64,000 nt of DNA from Felis catus. Its lineage: Eukaryota. A program made the position numbers and the translations under genes. The stretch covers positions 63,056,001-63,120,000 of the forward strand of contig NC_058368.1 in the NCBI RefSeq assembly GCF_018350175.1. Reading direction: 5' to 3'. The notes under the pieces were generated by a model. It was not told the origin of the DNA. It did no database searches and saw nothing but the letters and a program-made list of their open reading frames with translations. Position 1 is the stretch's first letter; the number at the start of each line of letters is the position of its first letter. Shown here piece after piece: positions 23,887 to 37,384 of the stretch.

Positions 23887-26800
23887 TGGGGCGGAGACCC
23901 TCCTTCTACTGTAACTTTCCCCTTCTATTTTCAGTAACAAGGATGAAGAGAAGTATAAAAGGAAAAAAGGAAACAACATCCAGAAGGTGGTGTATCACAT
24001 CAGTTTTTATACTTACAGCTTGTTCCTTTTCCATACATACCCAGATTCTAAGAATAGTTGTTCCGTGCCCTTTTGAAACGTGTAACTCCCTTGTGCTCCC
24101 CATCTAGGACCTGGTTTCTCCCTCTAGGCACTCATGCCTCTTTCCACTAATAGGTAGGAGGGAAGAAGACACCCAATTTCAAGTGGAATATGTGTACTGA
24201 GTTTGTAAAGTTACTTTTGAGGCAATATCATCCTCAGCATGATACTTAGGACTTTAGAGGTTTGTAATGTAGTTCATTCCCCAGGTATGGTCTGTTTGAA
24301 ATAGGCCTGTCAAGAATAGAAAGGGAACATAACCATCATGAGAGATGTTTATTTTTCAGAGTTTGAAATTATAGATTTATAAATCAACACAGACAATATG
24401 AGACTGCATTATCTTCATTTTAAAGAGGATTACTATCACCCAAATGCTTCATAGTGCAGATTTTCTGGCAAATTTTATTTCAATGGACAATAGTGCTTAG
24501 ACCAAGAATCCCAGGCTAGAGTAATTGTATCAGTACAATCCAAAAGCCCCACTAATGGTTTTCTGTCTATAATTGCAACTAACCTTTTCTTGTTTGACAT
24601 TACAAGTGTGTATGATATCAATTGCCAGTGTCCCTGAGGATTTATCTATCTAGAAAGAAAGCACTTTGATTCATAAAACCAATTTGTATTTTAATTACTA
24701 ACTTGGCAGGATACTTGGTCAAATGCCAGCACCATGGCAAATAAGATCAATAATTTAAACTATCAAGAAGTGTGAATTAGGAATTTCTCAACCAACCAAT
24801 TATTTACTGGTTGCTTCTTTCAGTTTTATTAAAATCATTAATAAAAGTTTAATGGGCATCATAATGGGCAAAAAATTATTTTCTTGAATATTCTGACATC
24901 CATTGATGCCAACATTATGGAGTAGAGTTCATGAATTCGATCTAAGAATAAAACAACTCTTGATCATTTGTACTTGCTCTGAGACATAGAATAAGCAAAT
25001 GGAATTGGTACAGGTAACAGGTTAAAGTTTTTAAATAACTATAAATCCATTTATGCATTCCTTGATCTTCCACTGAGGCACTTTGTGATTCAAAGGAAGC
25101 CCAAAAATATCTAGCATGTGGTCACTTCCCTTAAGAAGTACATGGCCAATTTTAGGAAATAAATTCAATATAAAGTTAATTACAATATTACAATATAAAT
25201 TTAATAGCAAAAATCTGACCATTGTCAGATTATAAGAGCATCCAGAATCCTAAAATGGTCAGAAAGGCAGATATTAACCCTGCAGGATTGATAGAGCTAA
25301 AAAAAATAGAAAAGGAGCACATCTCAAAAAAGGAAGGCAAACTCAAAGGGGAAAAAATAAGCCATGTCCTCAAAGATTGCTTAAAATCCTTTGCAAAATG
25401 GGCACTAACGTTAGATGCTGGAAAAGATCACACAGATCTTCTGTGATGCATTATCTAACCATCAACTTTGCATTTGTTTTGAGATTATTAAATGACTGTC
25501 AACTCTGTGTTGACTGCATATGAATAACTGTGTAGATCATTCTAGTAATCTGTGGTAAAGAACATTACTGGGGACAAGGAAATCCGCATTCTTGTATAGG
25601 TTTTATGAACCCCGGGTGTGTATCTATATGCACTCTAGTATAATGTAGCAGTTAATATAAGAGGACTCATGAGTGTATATTTCTTACCAAAAAATGGTGG
25701 ATGTTTAGCCTATCTGTTCTTTTCTATATTTAACCTATTAAATGGAGAATTCTATTTTATTAAAGCAATTATTAATTATAGCATTTAATTATAAAGATAG
25801 GTTAAAAATTGAATATAAAAATTTTTCACCTTGGGAAAAAAGGCTTTACATAAGTTTGTTTTTAGAATAGTATTGCAAAGCTAGTAAGTTGGAGATAATT
25901 CCAATGTCCCTCTAAATGCATTCCATGTGATCACGTAGACAATCTCTGAGCCACCTTTCATGTTTCTGGAGAGGACATTTTAAGAGCTGAATCAAGGCCA
26001 TAGGCTTGTGAGCCTACTATTCTTATTAAAAATCTTTTTTAATGGATGTGAATCTTTTTAAGTTCTGTTTTATAAGAAGTAACTTTTTTGTGAATTCATT
26101 TCATGTACTGGTACAACACACCTACACCTTATTATCATAGGAATGTTTGTTTATACTTGCTCAAACAAATTAGAATTTGTGCACCAATAAACTCATTTAA
26201 TTGGAACCAGTTTGAATATCAGTGTAAACATAAGAAGGTGAAGGGGTACAAGACCAAGGGAGAAATCAAAAAGTTTTAAATTTAGCAAAATTGAGTAAAA
26301 ATATTTCCTTTGCTCATTCTTTTTTCTTTTTTTTGGCACTGGATTAGAAATACTACTTCATAGTTTAATCACACTTGCTGCTTCAGACTGCACTGAGGAA
26401 ACTTCTCAACATCTGTGTGACCCATGGCCACACCATATCTGAATACTTTCTAAATACCCTTTAGTGTGCTAACTAACCATGTCAGAGCAGAAGCAACAAG
26501 CTTGTGCTATGTGACCAGAGATAAACGTATTTTATTATAATGTATAAAAGAACACATGGGGATTTTTTAAAATTAAAAAATCCATCTCTAAATGGAATGT
26601 CCAAAATCCCATGGGATTTCAAACGGGGTGATGAAACCTGGCTTTGCAAGGCTTCAGTCTTAGAAGGGGAATATAGGATCCATGCCTCTGTCTGCTTTTA
26701 GGTACAATCACTTTCTGAAGCACAAACTTAATGTCTACTGAGAGCATAAGACAAAAGTGTTGCAGTGAGGAATTCATTTTTCACAATGCTAGATTCTGTT

Positions 26801-28153
26801 TCAAGTAGTAAATCACTAGGAATTTTCTATAGAACCATTTGAAAATGGGAAAAACTTTTTTTGACAGGGTTAAGAGAGTATAACACAAAGATAATTCTTC
26901 ATTATTTTCATTACTAACAGATACAAATCAAATTCAAGATCTGATGGAAATTTCCTTCATTGTGTAATCTCTGGGGTCATGACTCTATCTTTGCCTGTTA
27001 ATTTGATTTAATATTCAGTATTGGGTCACAGTTATTTTCCTTCCTCACTACATATTTTCTAGCTCTTCAAAAACCAAAACAAAACCAATGATTTTGCCTA
27101 GCAAACTATGAATGCCAAGGTAGATTTTCTTTAGTTGTAAGAGAACACACTGTTTCCTTTTTCTGTTTGTTTCAGCACATTGCAGGGAAATCTCACAGTG
27201 TTAAAAATAAGAAAACTTATTAAATTTTCAACTCATACAAGAGGGGCTAGAGGTACTTAAAAAATAGAAGCCCTTCAAAAAAAGTATCAAAATTCCTGAA
27301 TGATATTCACTGTGTGCAACAGAGTTTAATGGCTCTTCTTGAGCAATAGGTTAAGCTAAGTGTTCTATTCCCCATTTGTAGTGCTATCAGGAGCATATAA
27401 ATGTGTTTTGTTTTCTATTGATTTGTTCCTCTTATCAAGTAAAGATTTATGTCTTGTTTTCTAAACAGCCTTGAAATACACACTGCTGCTTTGGTTCCAG
27501 ACATTTCAATAGAACTTTATGTAAACCAAATGCCTTGGTTTCTTCAGCCTCATCACTAATGTCAGTGCAGTTCAAAGACTGCTTTTTTATCCATTAAGTA
27601 GATTAAACAAATCAGCATATATCCACAAGCTGGAGACTTATAAAGTCAATCCAAACTTTAAGAAATTGGGCAACCAACCAAAAGAACAATAGCATTTCTT
27701 GGTTTCTAAATTGCATCAATGCCATGTTCCAAGAGTTATTAGAGAATTAGGTGGAAGATTGAATATATTTAAAAATTTCATAATGTTGATTTTCTATGGA
27801 ACCCTAAAAAATTAAAATATGTTTGGAATTCAGCTTCACCAGAGTGTGCTAGGAAAACACAATGATGTTCCAATTTGGAATGTCAACCACATCATCCTCC
27901 TCTGGTATGTGCTCACCTGCAGAAGAAGTAGGTTCCCTTCCTATACTCAACTTGAATAGTGAAAACATTCATTGTAGAGATAAGAATATCAAGATTTCAG
28001 CTGTAGCAAATATCCTAAAGAAGTGAAGCATTCATTGAATTCCTAGTCAAAGCAGAGAAAGGCTCTTGAGTCTGTGTTCACAGATGAAGCACAGAGTATA
28101 GGAGAGTATCTGGACTGTGAAAGGGAGCTCGGTACCCAGTGAAACCACACGTG

Positions 28154-28237
28154 TGTGTATATAGTGTTCTCCAGAGAATCAATGGGGTATGTGTATGTGT
28201 ATATAGTGTTCTCCAGAGAATCAATGGGGTATGTGTA
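28154..28237. repeat. Perfect 42-bp tandem duplication
   Basis: tgtgtatatagtgttctccagagaatcaatggggtatgtgta x2. Confidence 0.95.
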
Positions 28238-28774
28238 TATTACATAGTATATAGTATATATATTAAAGACTTACGTAGAGATTTGTTATAAGTAATTGCT
28301 TCATATGAATATGGAGGCTGAGAAGTCCCAGCATCTGCAGGGTGAGTCATCAAGCTGGAGAATGAAGAGCCAATGGCTTAATTCCAGCTTGAATCTGAAG
28401 TCTTAAGAACCGAGAGAGAGAATGGTGTAGCTCCTATCTAAAGTTTCAGCAGGATTAATATCCAGGAAGAACTTATATTTCAGTTCCAATCCAAAGGCAG
28501 GAAAAAAGACTATCTCCAAGTTCAAAGAACTTTAGTCAGGAAGAATTCTCTCTCAGTAGAAGGTCTGGCTTTTTGTTTCATTAGGCTTCTGATTGGATGA
28601 GGCCCACTCACATTGTGGAGGGCAGTCTTTTTTTTTTTTTTTTTACTTTGTCTACTGATTTAAATGTTAATCCAATCCCCAAATACCCTCACAGATGCAT
28701 CCAGAATTATGTTTGAGCAAATACTTGGGTATCCTGTGGCCCAGTCTAGTTGACACATTAAATTTACCATCAGA
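28154..28774 (-). mobile_element. MLT2B-type solo LTR (ERVL)
   Basis: 'gtgttctccagagaa', 'ggaggctgagaagtccca', 'gattggatgaggcccac', end 'ggcccagtctagttgacacattaaatttaccatca'. Confidence 0.88.
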
Positions 28775-29496
28775 TGTCAACGATTAATTAGAAATAGGTG
28801 TGCAAATAGATGTGCACCCTTGTTCTTTTTCCAAGTATATCTCTGTTTATTAGGTTGATTGCAGTATCTCTTTTTCACTGATACTACAGTAAAGATCTGA
28901 TGTTAGGGATACAGGGATGGAGGAGCAGAGAATGAAGGTAACAGGATTTGCACAGTTATGGCTACTAAACTTGCTTCTTTAGGAATTCATGTACTCTCTG
29001 GCTGATATTATTTTTTTGCTGAGCCATATAAATTGAGAGAAGTTTGGAGGCAGTTTTTTATTGTACATTTTTTTCAAGTGACTATTGTAACGGAAGTATT
29101 ATAGGGCAAGCAAACATTTAAACTGAAAACCGTCAGATAGTAAAGACCTCTGCTTTAATCTGCTATGTGATAGGTAACTATTACTCATTTTCAACTATTA
29201 TTATCAACTTAAAATGTGAGATTGGAGAGGCTGGTTCAGTCCAGTTAGAGGTACTCACAAAGGACCACTGCTTTTAGAAGAGACAAAATTGGGCCCTGGT
29301 AATAAATTATCTAATAAAATTAGACCTCTGTTAATAAATTGTCTAAGCAAAAAGATCCCATTGTAAATTTTAAGGCATGGTTCTATACTCCCAGAATATC
29401 GGGTTTGCCATGAGCCATGAAGTATGACTTTATAAACTCTTGAGCCACTAAGGAACAAGAAAGAAGATGTGTAGTGAGAGCCAAAGAACCTAGACG

Positions 29497-29680
29497 ATGG
29501 GCTGGGCACCTGTTTTTTATAAATTTTACTGGAACATAGCCATGTTCATTCTTTTATTATTATCATTGGACATGGCTGCTGTCAAATTAAAAACAGAGTT
29601 TCATCGTTGGGACAGACCCAGTATGGCTAACAAACTCAAAAATATTTATTCTCTAAGTCATAACAGAAGAAAGTGGGGAA
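29497..29680 (+). mobile_element. MER58-like fragment
   Basis: 'cctgttttttataaattttactggaacatagccat..gacagacccagtatggc..aaatatttatt'. Confidence 0.7.
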
Positions 29681-31031
29681 GCAGATTATTGACCAAATAA
29701 CGTTTACTATATATTAGGCGCTAGGAATATAGAAATGGGGCAACAGAAACATAAGGATCCTTGTCCTTTTATAGCTTACCTTCCAGAATCAGCTTATATT
29801 CCAATATTCCAATTCCATGTTATCTCTTCCTAGTCCCTTCCCCTCAGTATAAAAATATTTCAGTTATTTGAGAGTTGTTCTTGGTAACATAAAACTTCCA
29901 GTCACGTGTTTTATTCCTCTTTCGAATTAATATCTAAGTTGTGTTGCTACTCACAGAATTTTGTGAGATTTGAAAGCTTCTATCATTTAATGAGGAATTT
30001 TACTCTTTCTTAGAAAAGGGGATGGAACAGGATAGGGACTTCTGCTTCATAACAAAAAAGGGCTTGTTTGCCACCTAGAGACCAAACTGGGCATCACTGG
30101 ATTTTTAGTCCTCCATTGTTGTCTGCAGGGAAATAAGAGCTCAACAGATAGAAATATAGGCCATGGCATGGTTTAGGGTATGAAGATTATATAAAAGGAT
30201 GCACAAAAAATATCTCCAGCAGGGACTAGTATAAGACAAATAAGCAGCAAAAATTTTCTTCACATTTGAATTATGCAATATTTCATGTATTTGTAAACAT
30301 AAATGCATAGTTTTTCTAGCTTGTGAAGATACAAACCTCCCCATATTCAGCACCTCCATCCATGTTGTCACACAATTGTGTACATATCATTTCACTCCTA
30401 CTAGGAAACTGTAAGCTGCTTGGAGGTATCAGTTTGTCTTCATCTGTAAAATCCATCCAGTTTTGAAAACAAGGTTTGTGATGAAGTACACACTCCAGCA
30501 AATCTCTGGAATTGAATAAATAGTGGGTTTATTGACTATGCAACAAATGCATAGTCAAGTAGATATTTTCAAAGATCACCAAATCCTATTTTATGGAAGA
30601 AGCAGAATAGTTTTTTTTTTCTTTGACTCACGTTAAAAAAATGACATGTGCTATATGCGCATTTGACATATTTTGTCTTGTGGAAATCATGGGGGTTTCT
30701 GAGAACTAACCATTGCGGTTTTGTTACTGGTCTCCTAGCGTTTGTGTATCATTGATAGAGTTGGCTATATACAACTTAGAGAAGCACGATTTTGTGATAG
30801 TTGACGAATGGTATGACATTTGTTCAAAGAAAAAAAAAAGTTTTTGCTAAGAAAAATCAGATGTCCCAGAGAGTGTGGAGGCTGCACTTCTTTCTTTAAG
30901 GTTAATGTGACCCATTAATACATTTCAGAGTTTCTGGTGCATTTAAAATTGGTTTATTAAATTCTGCAAAGGTAAAAAAAAAAAAAAATCATCTAAATGT
31001 CATAATCCGTTTTGAAGGAAATCTAAAGCAA

Positions 31032-31049
31032 GGGAGCCCCCTTGTGGAC
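31032..31049 (-). promoter_or_regulatory. CTCF-like motif
   Basis: Minus strand GTCCACAAGGGGGCTCCC versus consensus core CCASYAGRKGGCRS; motif match only. Confidence 0.4.
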
Positions 31050-34000
31050 TGACTCTAATGCCATATACAGTTAAATCAATGATTTCATCAGTACTTAGGA
31101 GTTAATTCAATACTGACTGAAAAGAAATCCTTTATTTTCAGGTAAATCTCATCAGAAATGGATTAAAAATTACTTTGACATATTTTTATGTACCTACTGA
31201 GTATGACACAAAGTAATTCCTAATGCCAGCACTGCTTGGATGAATCCTAGACTTGGCAAAAAACTGTCCTATCCCTAAATGGTTTTTCTAACAAAGCTGC
31301 TTCAAGTATTTATTCCAGAATCAGTGGCTCATTCAAGAACTCAAAAAGCATAATTGGCATTGGAAGTCAACTGTTTTTCCACAAGATGGTGAATTTATTG
31401 GTGACTCCAGTTTGTTTAAAAATGGGTACCTGTTATTTTAAAATGTACATGTTAATCCTTCTACCTGGAAATCTGCTTTAAGATACATAAAAATATATTC
31501 TGTTATCTCAGTTAAATTTCTTTGTTCTTGAAAGTTCATAATGAAGTAAAAGTATAATTAGATTTATGGACAACGACGTAGAAATAAATGTACTTCCTGT
31601 AGGCTGCATTCCTCTATCGTCTCAGCTGCAGATCTTAAAACTAAGATCTTTAAGACTATATTTTCCCTGTTTATCCTCATTTCTCCCATAGCACTATATT
31701 TAAAGCAAAGAATGGAAATCAGTAATGGTAAATAGTTACAAAAATAACAGTTGTAGTTTTTAATTAATTTTTCACATGCTTAATATCATAAGCAATCTTT
31801 ATGCACACTGGTAGAAAAAGAGGCCTGCATGCTCTGGTAATAATTTATAAGTTTATTGAATTTTTATTGCATTGGCAGATTGCCCAGATGTTAGCAGGTA
31901 GGGATAAACTCAATTTGATTGATTCCATTTGAATACAACTCCTGATCTCTATTAGAAACTTCCTCTGATGTTTTCTCAGTAAGTGGTAGTAGCTGCCTGT
32001 GTGTTGTTTTCTTTGGTTGTTGTTGTTTTAAGGTATAAAAACGTGTTGTTTAAAACCACACAGATGACTGCCGTCCCTTCTGCACAAAAATATTTTCATA
32101 ATTTTTCCTCTGGTGTAAGTTGCTTTTTGTTTAAAATACTTCCGTGAATGGAGGGAGATCATACAATAGTGACAGAATGACAGCTAAAGTGTTCTGCATG
32201 TGAATTCATCTAAATTCGGGGTGTGGAAGCAGCCCGAGGAGCTGGGAGGTAGAGATATTGAAGGATTGAGAATGTGCACTATCGGCAGCAGATGGGGAAA
32301 TGTGACACAATATGAATGTTGAGCTGTTAGGGTTAGTAGTCAAATACTAGGCACTATTACGTCTGATTTCACTTTGGGTTTCTTTTTTACTGTTGGTGGA
32401 CTGCTCTTTCTGTCACCAAAAAAGCCTCTGTTACCAAGTCAAAAGGTCATGTGTGAGTGCTGTACTGAATAAAGCATGGAGAATGAACTGCGATCTGTGG
32501 CTATCAAGTTGGAGGCAGAGAGAGGTTCAGCAATTGGAAATAAACTGTGACAGACCAAGCGTCCAACAGCAGTGGAAAATCAAGTTAAAAAGTAATCATC
32601 GGAACATGATCCCTGAAGAATTAAAAGAAATTAAGGGGACTGTGTGCACTTCCTACAGAAATTTGGGTTCATTGGAGAGGAGGGTCTCAGGTGGCCGCTG
32701 AATTCCACAATTCGCTCAAATTCCTCTGATCAGTACTATTGATACAGCTTTATAGCTGTTCATTCTACACCCCTAGCCCTCTTGAAAGCAGACGTTATTT
32801 TAGCCACCTGCTTAAAGTGTGTCCATGGCTTAAAACCACTCCTAAAATGGTCTGCTTAACACACTGCTCCGTTTCATCCCTCTTCACAACTTTGTACTCT
32901 AGCTACTTTGACCTCTCAACCTCTCTAATGGGCAAATTCCATCATACTTCAACCCTAAGAGTTGTGCTATTCCTAGAATTTTACTTTTTGTTACTTATGT
33001 AAGCCTTTTCATGACTTCGTGCTTTCCAACAGATAGCAAATTTAGGAAGAGCAGGGTGTATGTTCCATCACTGGGCAACTTCTCAGCGATATATCCATTT
33101 ATTCCATACCCGTCTGGCCTGTTACAGGATAAATCCACTTAATATACACCCTCACTCATTTTAATGACATTAACAGAAATAAAAACAGTCTTCTAAAGGA
33201 TTACTACTTATAATTTGTCTCTGGTATTGTCATGCCTTCTATGGCTGCCTGTGAAAGCAGTATCACTGATGTCTTTACTTATCATGAGTTCCCTGTTAGA
33301 TTGTCCTTCCATGTCCATCAGTCAGTCACTCAGGGTCCTTGAAGGGAGTTGCTGTTCAGAAGCCCAATTTCATGAAGCCAGGCAATTACTAATTTCAGCT
33401 TAAATAGACCACCTTTCTTTAAACAATTTTCAAGAGTAATCTCTCCGTGCCTTATGGTCATTCACATCTAACTTCCAGAAACCCAAAACTCCCAGAGCAC
33501 CTATTTTACCACCACCCCTCTGTGTATCTTGTAATCTGAGCTCTACAAAACCTTTCCATTGTACTCTCTGAAATTACTGTGGATTGACCAATAAACCCTC
33601 TAATCTTTAAATTCGTTTGGCTTTTCTGTCACTTTAGTACATTAACTAAAATCTGACTTTCATGAGAATGCTGCTCTCATGAAGTATTCTCAGGTGGAAC
33701 TTTGTGCTCAGACCCAAAATTGAGTTCTGGAATATTCTTATTACAAGCTTTAAGGGCACATTTAATAATCATTTCAGTGAAATGGACAATATTTAATAGT
33801 GATTGCCTCCAGGTATCTTGGATATTTCCAACATCTCTGGTTTTTTTTCTGCCTCACATACCAAATAAAATTCATGTTGGATCCATGTTTTCTTCTCAGC
33901 TTCCTATTATATGCAGGTGAAAAATGTTGTAAATGTAAATGCCTACCAATCAATAATAAAATATCTTAGTTTATCTTCTACTCCACAATGATTTCTGAAG

Positions 34001-34199
34001 TGGTGTTATTGATGATGTCTGGTATTCTAGATGATGTATTTTCAGCATAATGCTTTTCACATAGATGAAATTTAACAGATAATATCAATTATTCCCTTTG
34101 GAGAATTCCAGTATAAACTGTGGAAGGAATCATTTCCTTCACATTGACACTATGCACAATAAGCAGTTGTTTCCACTTTAGGTATAAGAAGGAGGCACA

Positions 34200-34413
34200 G
34201 GGGCACCTGGGTGGCTCAGTCGGTTAAGCACCTGACTCTTGGTTTCAGGTCAGGTCATGATCTCACAATTGGTGAGTTCAAGCCCCACATCGGGCTCTAT
34301 GCTGACAGTGTATAGCCTGCTTGGGATTCTCTCACTCCCTCTTTCCCTGCCCCTTCCTTGCTCATTTGCTCACTCTCTCAAAAAGAAATAAATTTTTTAA
34401 AAAAATATAAAAA
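34200..34413 (+). mobile_element. Older SINEC subfamily
   Basis: ggggcacctgggtggctcagtcggttaagc..gactcttggtttc; imperfect TSD aagga(g/a)gcac. Confidence 0.92.
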
Positions 34414-34659
34414 AGGAAGCACGTATGTGAAGCATCCAACATAGAAATGGTAGTAGGTCACAGTATGTAAGTAGTTGGAGAACTTAAGCATCTAGCTATT
34501 CAGAAGAGGCTTGTAATGTCTATGAAAATGGAAAATATCTCATTTAGGAAGGGTTAAACACATCATGGCAGTTGTTAGCACAGAGAAGGGAAGGAGTATA
34601 AGAAAACTAGTTTCAAACTGTAACTTTTGATAGGCAATAACAAATACCTATAATCTTAA

Positions 34660-34851
34660 AATTTTGATTTTTTTAATGTTTATTGAGAGAGCGCAAGTGA
34701 GCACAAGGGGGGGAGGGGCAGAGAGAGTTGGAGAGAGAGAGAATCCCAAAAGTGGAGCCTGATGCGGGGCTCAAACCCACCAACCTTGAGATCATGACCT
34801 GACCTGAAACCAAGAGTCAGATGCTAAACCAACTGAGCCACCCAGGTATCC
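34660..34851 (-). mobile_element. Older SINEC subfamily
   Basis: SINEC on the minus strand; TSD cctataatc. Confidence 0.9.
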
Positions 34852-34869
34852 CTATAATCCCCAAATTTA

Positions 34870-35240
34870 CGTAGCTTTTTCCATTACCTTCTTAACTGCA
34901 AAGTAGCTTCTGAGACTGTTAATATTCCCCTGCAGCTTTCTCAGAGACCTGGCTTTCATCACACCCTTTACTCCAGAATCTAGAGGTGGGAGTATTGTCC
35001 TTCTTGATGCTGTAGAATCTTCCATTCGGTTTTTGGGTTTTGGTTTTTTTTCTCTTGCATCTTTCAAAGCACACATTGTCTTGAAGGACTTTTCCTACCA
35101 CTCCTCCCTAAGCCATCATAAACTGACCTCCCAGTTAGTTTTCTTCTTTCACTGACGACGTTAACTTTAGGTCATTTCTATCTCTACTATTAATATCATT
35201 CTTGATAATATTAGCACTTGTGGAAAATCCAGCAAACAAT
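34870..35240 (+). mobile_element. L2 ORF2 endonuclease-region relic
   Basis: Degenerate GGG..VLL, SF.AH, I..PP and IL.D motifs in the expected order; related 'LT.IW' fragment near 33640. Confidence 0.5.
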
Positions 35241-35249
35241 ATCTAACAA

Positions 35250-35455
35250 CTGTAGTGCTTATGACAGGCACAGTTAAGAAGTTTATGTAAATTCATTTAA
35301 TCATTGCAGCAATTCCTATACAGTAGGAACTATTATCTCTACTATACAAATGAGGAAACTGAGATACAGTGATGCTAAGTAGCTCACTTAGTTCTTTTAA
35401 TAAGAGGATTGAACCCAGGAGGTTTGGCTTCAGAGTCTGTGCACTTAGCCACTAA
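35250..35455 (-). mobile_element. MIR relic
   Basis: 'tacaaatgaggaaactgag', 'ggattgaacccagg..ggcttcagagtctgtgcacttagccacta'. Confidence 0.8.
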
Positions 35456-37384
35456 CATCTAGTGAAGATCACAGCTTTTGCTATTTGAAATAATTGTGTT
35501 GTACTTTCACATTTAGTCCTTCCCTACAAAATAGCATTTCCTTTTCTTACATTCTGCAAATTCAAGAACCCTCATGGTTTAGTTATTTCCATTTTAGGTC
35601 CTCTGTGCTCTTAATCTCCAAAAATAGATTATATTTTTTTCATGTTTTTTTTTTTAATCAAGTCAACTTGATTGGGGTAGATTTCATCTACTGGGTCAGA
35701 TGAACACTAATGATAATATTCACATAGCCTTGGCTTGCAAAGATACTTTAGCATTTATGATGAAATAAATGTAGGAATGCAAAATGTAGTTTTTACTGAA
35801 GTTAGTATACCAAATATGGGCTATGATTCTCTAAATATTTGCTTTAGGTATGTTATAAATTTGTCTCTGCAATTTTTGGCAGCCAGTATGAAGGGGTAAT
35901 CAAAATATGTTACATGATTTACAAGGTTCATAAAATTAAAGCAAATCATTTTCTCAGGGGAAGCACAACTTTTAATGAAAATGAGATCAGAGAGACGTTT
36001 CCCCAATGGTTCCAATTAAGAAGACATTGTGAAATATAAACAACTACCTCATCAGCCATATGCAAGTAAAGCACAAAGATTCATAGAGATAGTTTCTTAA
36101 AATATCCTCTAAATATAGGCCAATGGCCTTGCACCACTGTGCAAATGAATAACGTTGCCTAGGGGACTAATAGAATATACTCCTTAAAAATACTTTCAAT
36201 TAATGAAATTTATTTTTGTTTCTCAAGTCATAGTAAAATTATTTTTTTCAATTTCTAGATATGCTTCTTTCTCTGTGTATCTGTTTGTTAAATATCTGCG
36301 TTCTAGATGGTGTATTACAAAAAAGACTGACAAATATGGCTTACAATTTTAGAAGAGGAATAATTTTTGTAAGTCATGTAATCATTATAGACTATTAAAT
36401 ATTGGATAATAATAGGGAGTTGAAGTCCAAGGCCAGTGTTTAAATAACAGTGTACTGCATCATAATTAAGACCATTGCTCTGAAGTCAAAGTACTTATGT
36501 TAGATAGTAGCTGAGTAACCTTGGGCAAGTTTACTTCTCTCTGTTCCAATTTCCTCACTTGCAAAAGTAGAATAATATTGGTCTATAATTCAATTGGTAG
36601 TAATAAAAATTAAATGATTTAGTATAGCTAAGACACTTAGTATAGTGACTAGCAAAAGGAAAACTGAAATTTAGTTTCAATGATATGATGATTTTCATCA
36701 TCAGCTTTCTCATCAGTATAATGGAGATAATACTCCTCAACCATAGTTTTTGTAAGAATTAAAATACAAAGGTAGCATATAAGAACCATGTAATTCAGTT
36801 TCTGGTATACAGGAAACACTCAGTGTATGGTAGCTATGATTACTATTATCATTTATCAATAAACTTTAGCCTAGGTTATTATTAAAAAAGCACTTTGCTA
36901 GCTCTAAAACTATGGATATGGGATATGGGTCTTGAGGGATTTTGTCCCAACTGATCTGTGGAGCACAGCAAATAACCAGGACTAGCAGAATTCTAGTGGC
37001 ATGTTAGATGCTGGAAATTAAAGTTGGTCTTTGCTTCCTTCCTGGTCTTCACATATTTGCAGGGAAAGCAAGAGAACACAATATGGTCCTTCCCTGGGCT
37101 GTGGAGGAGACATTTCCTCCACGGTCCAGTTAGCTGTGTGCCTTCAGTGTGGGTGTGGTGGTTCAGTCAGTGCATACCCCTTCTATGAGATCCCTGTGGT
37201 TCACCTTGCAGCAGGAGAGAGGAGGAGGTGAGGTGCAGCTCTTCTTCATTGGACCAAGGTACCTGAGCAAACTAGAGTTCTTCTAAAGTTTTCCCTGTGT
37301 GACACGATGATCCAGAACTTAGACTGACCACATTCACCTAGCTTTTAACTCTCCTCTGAGGTTCATTTATGAAACTTCAAGCAG

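Noticed and set aside
23810..23960. Apparent promoter (GCGGAAG, CCAAT, GGGCGG, TATAAAA)
   Set aside because: The CCAAT lies in the U4 copy and the GC-rich motifs are its TSDs
31501..31515. 15-mer tgttatctcagttaa repeated near 60588
   Set aside because: A few 15-mer matches are expected by chance in 64 kb of AT-rich DNA
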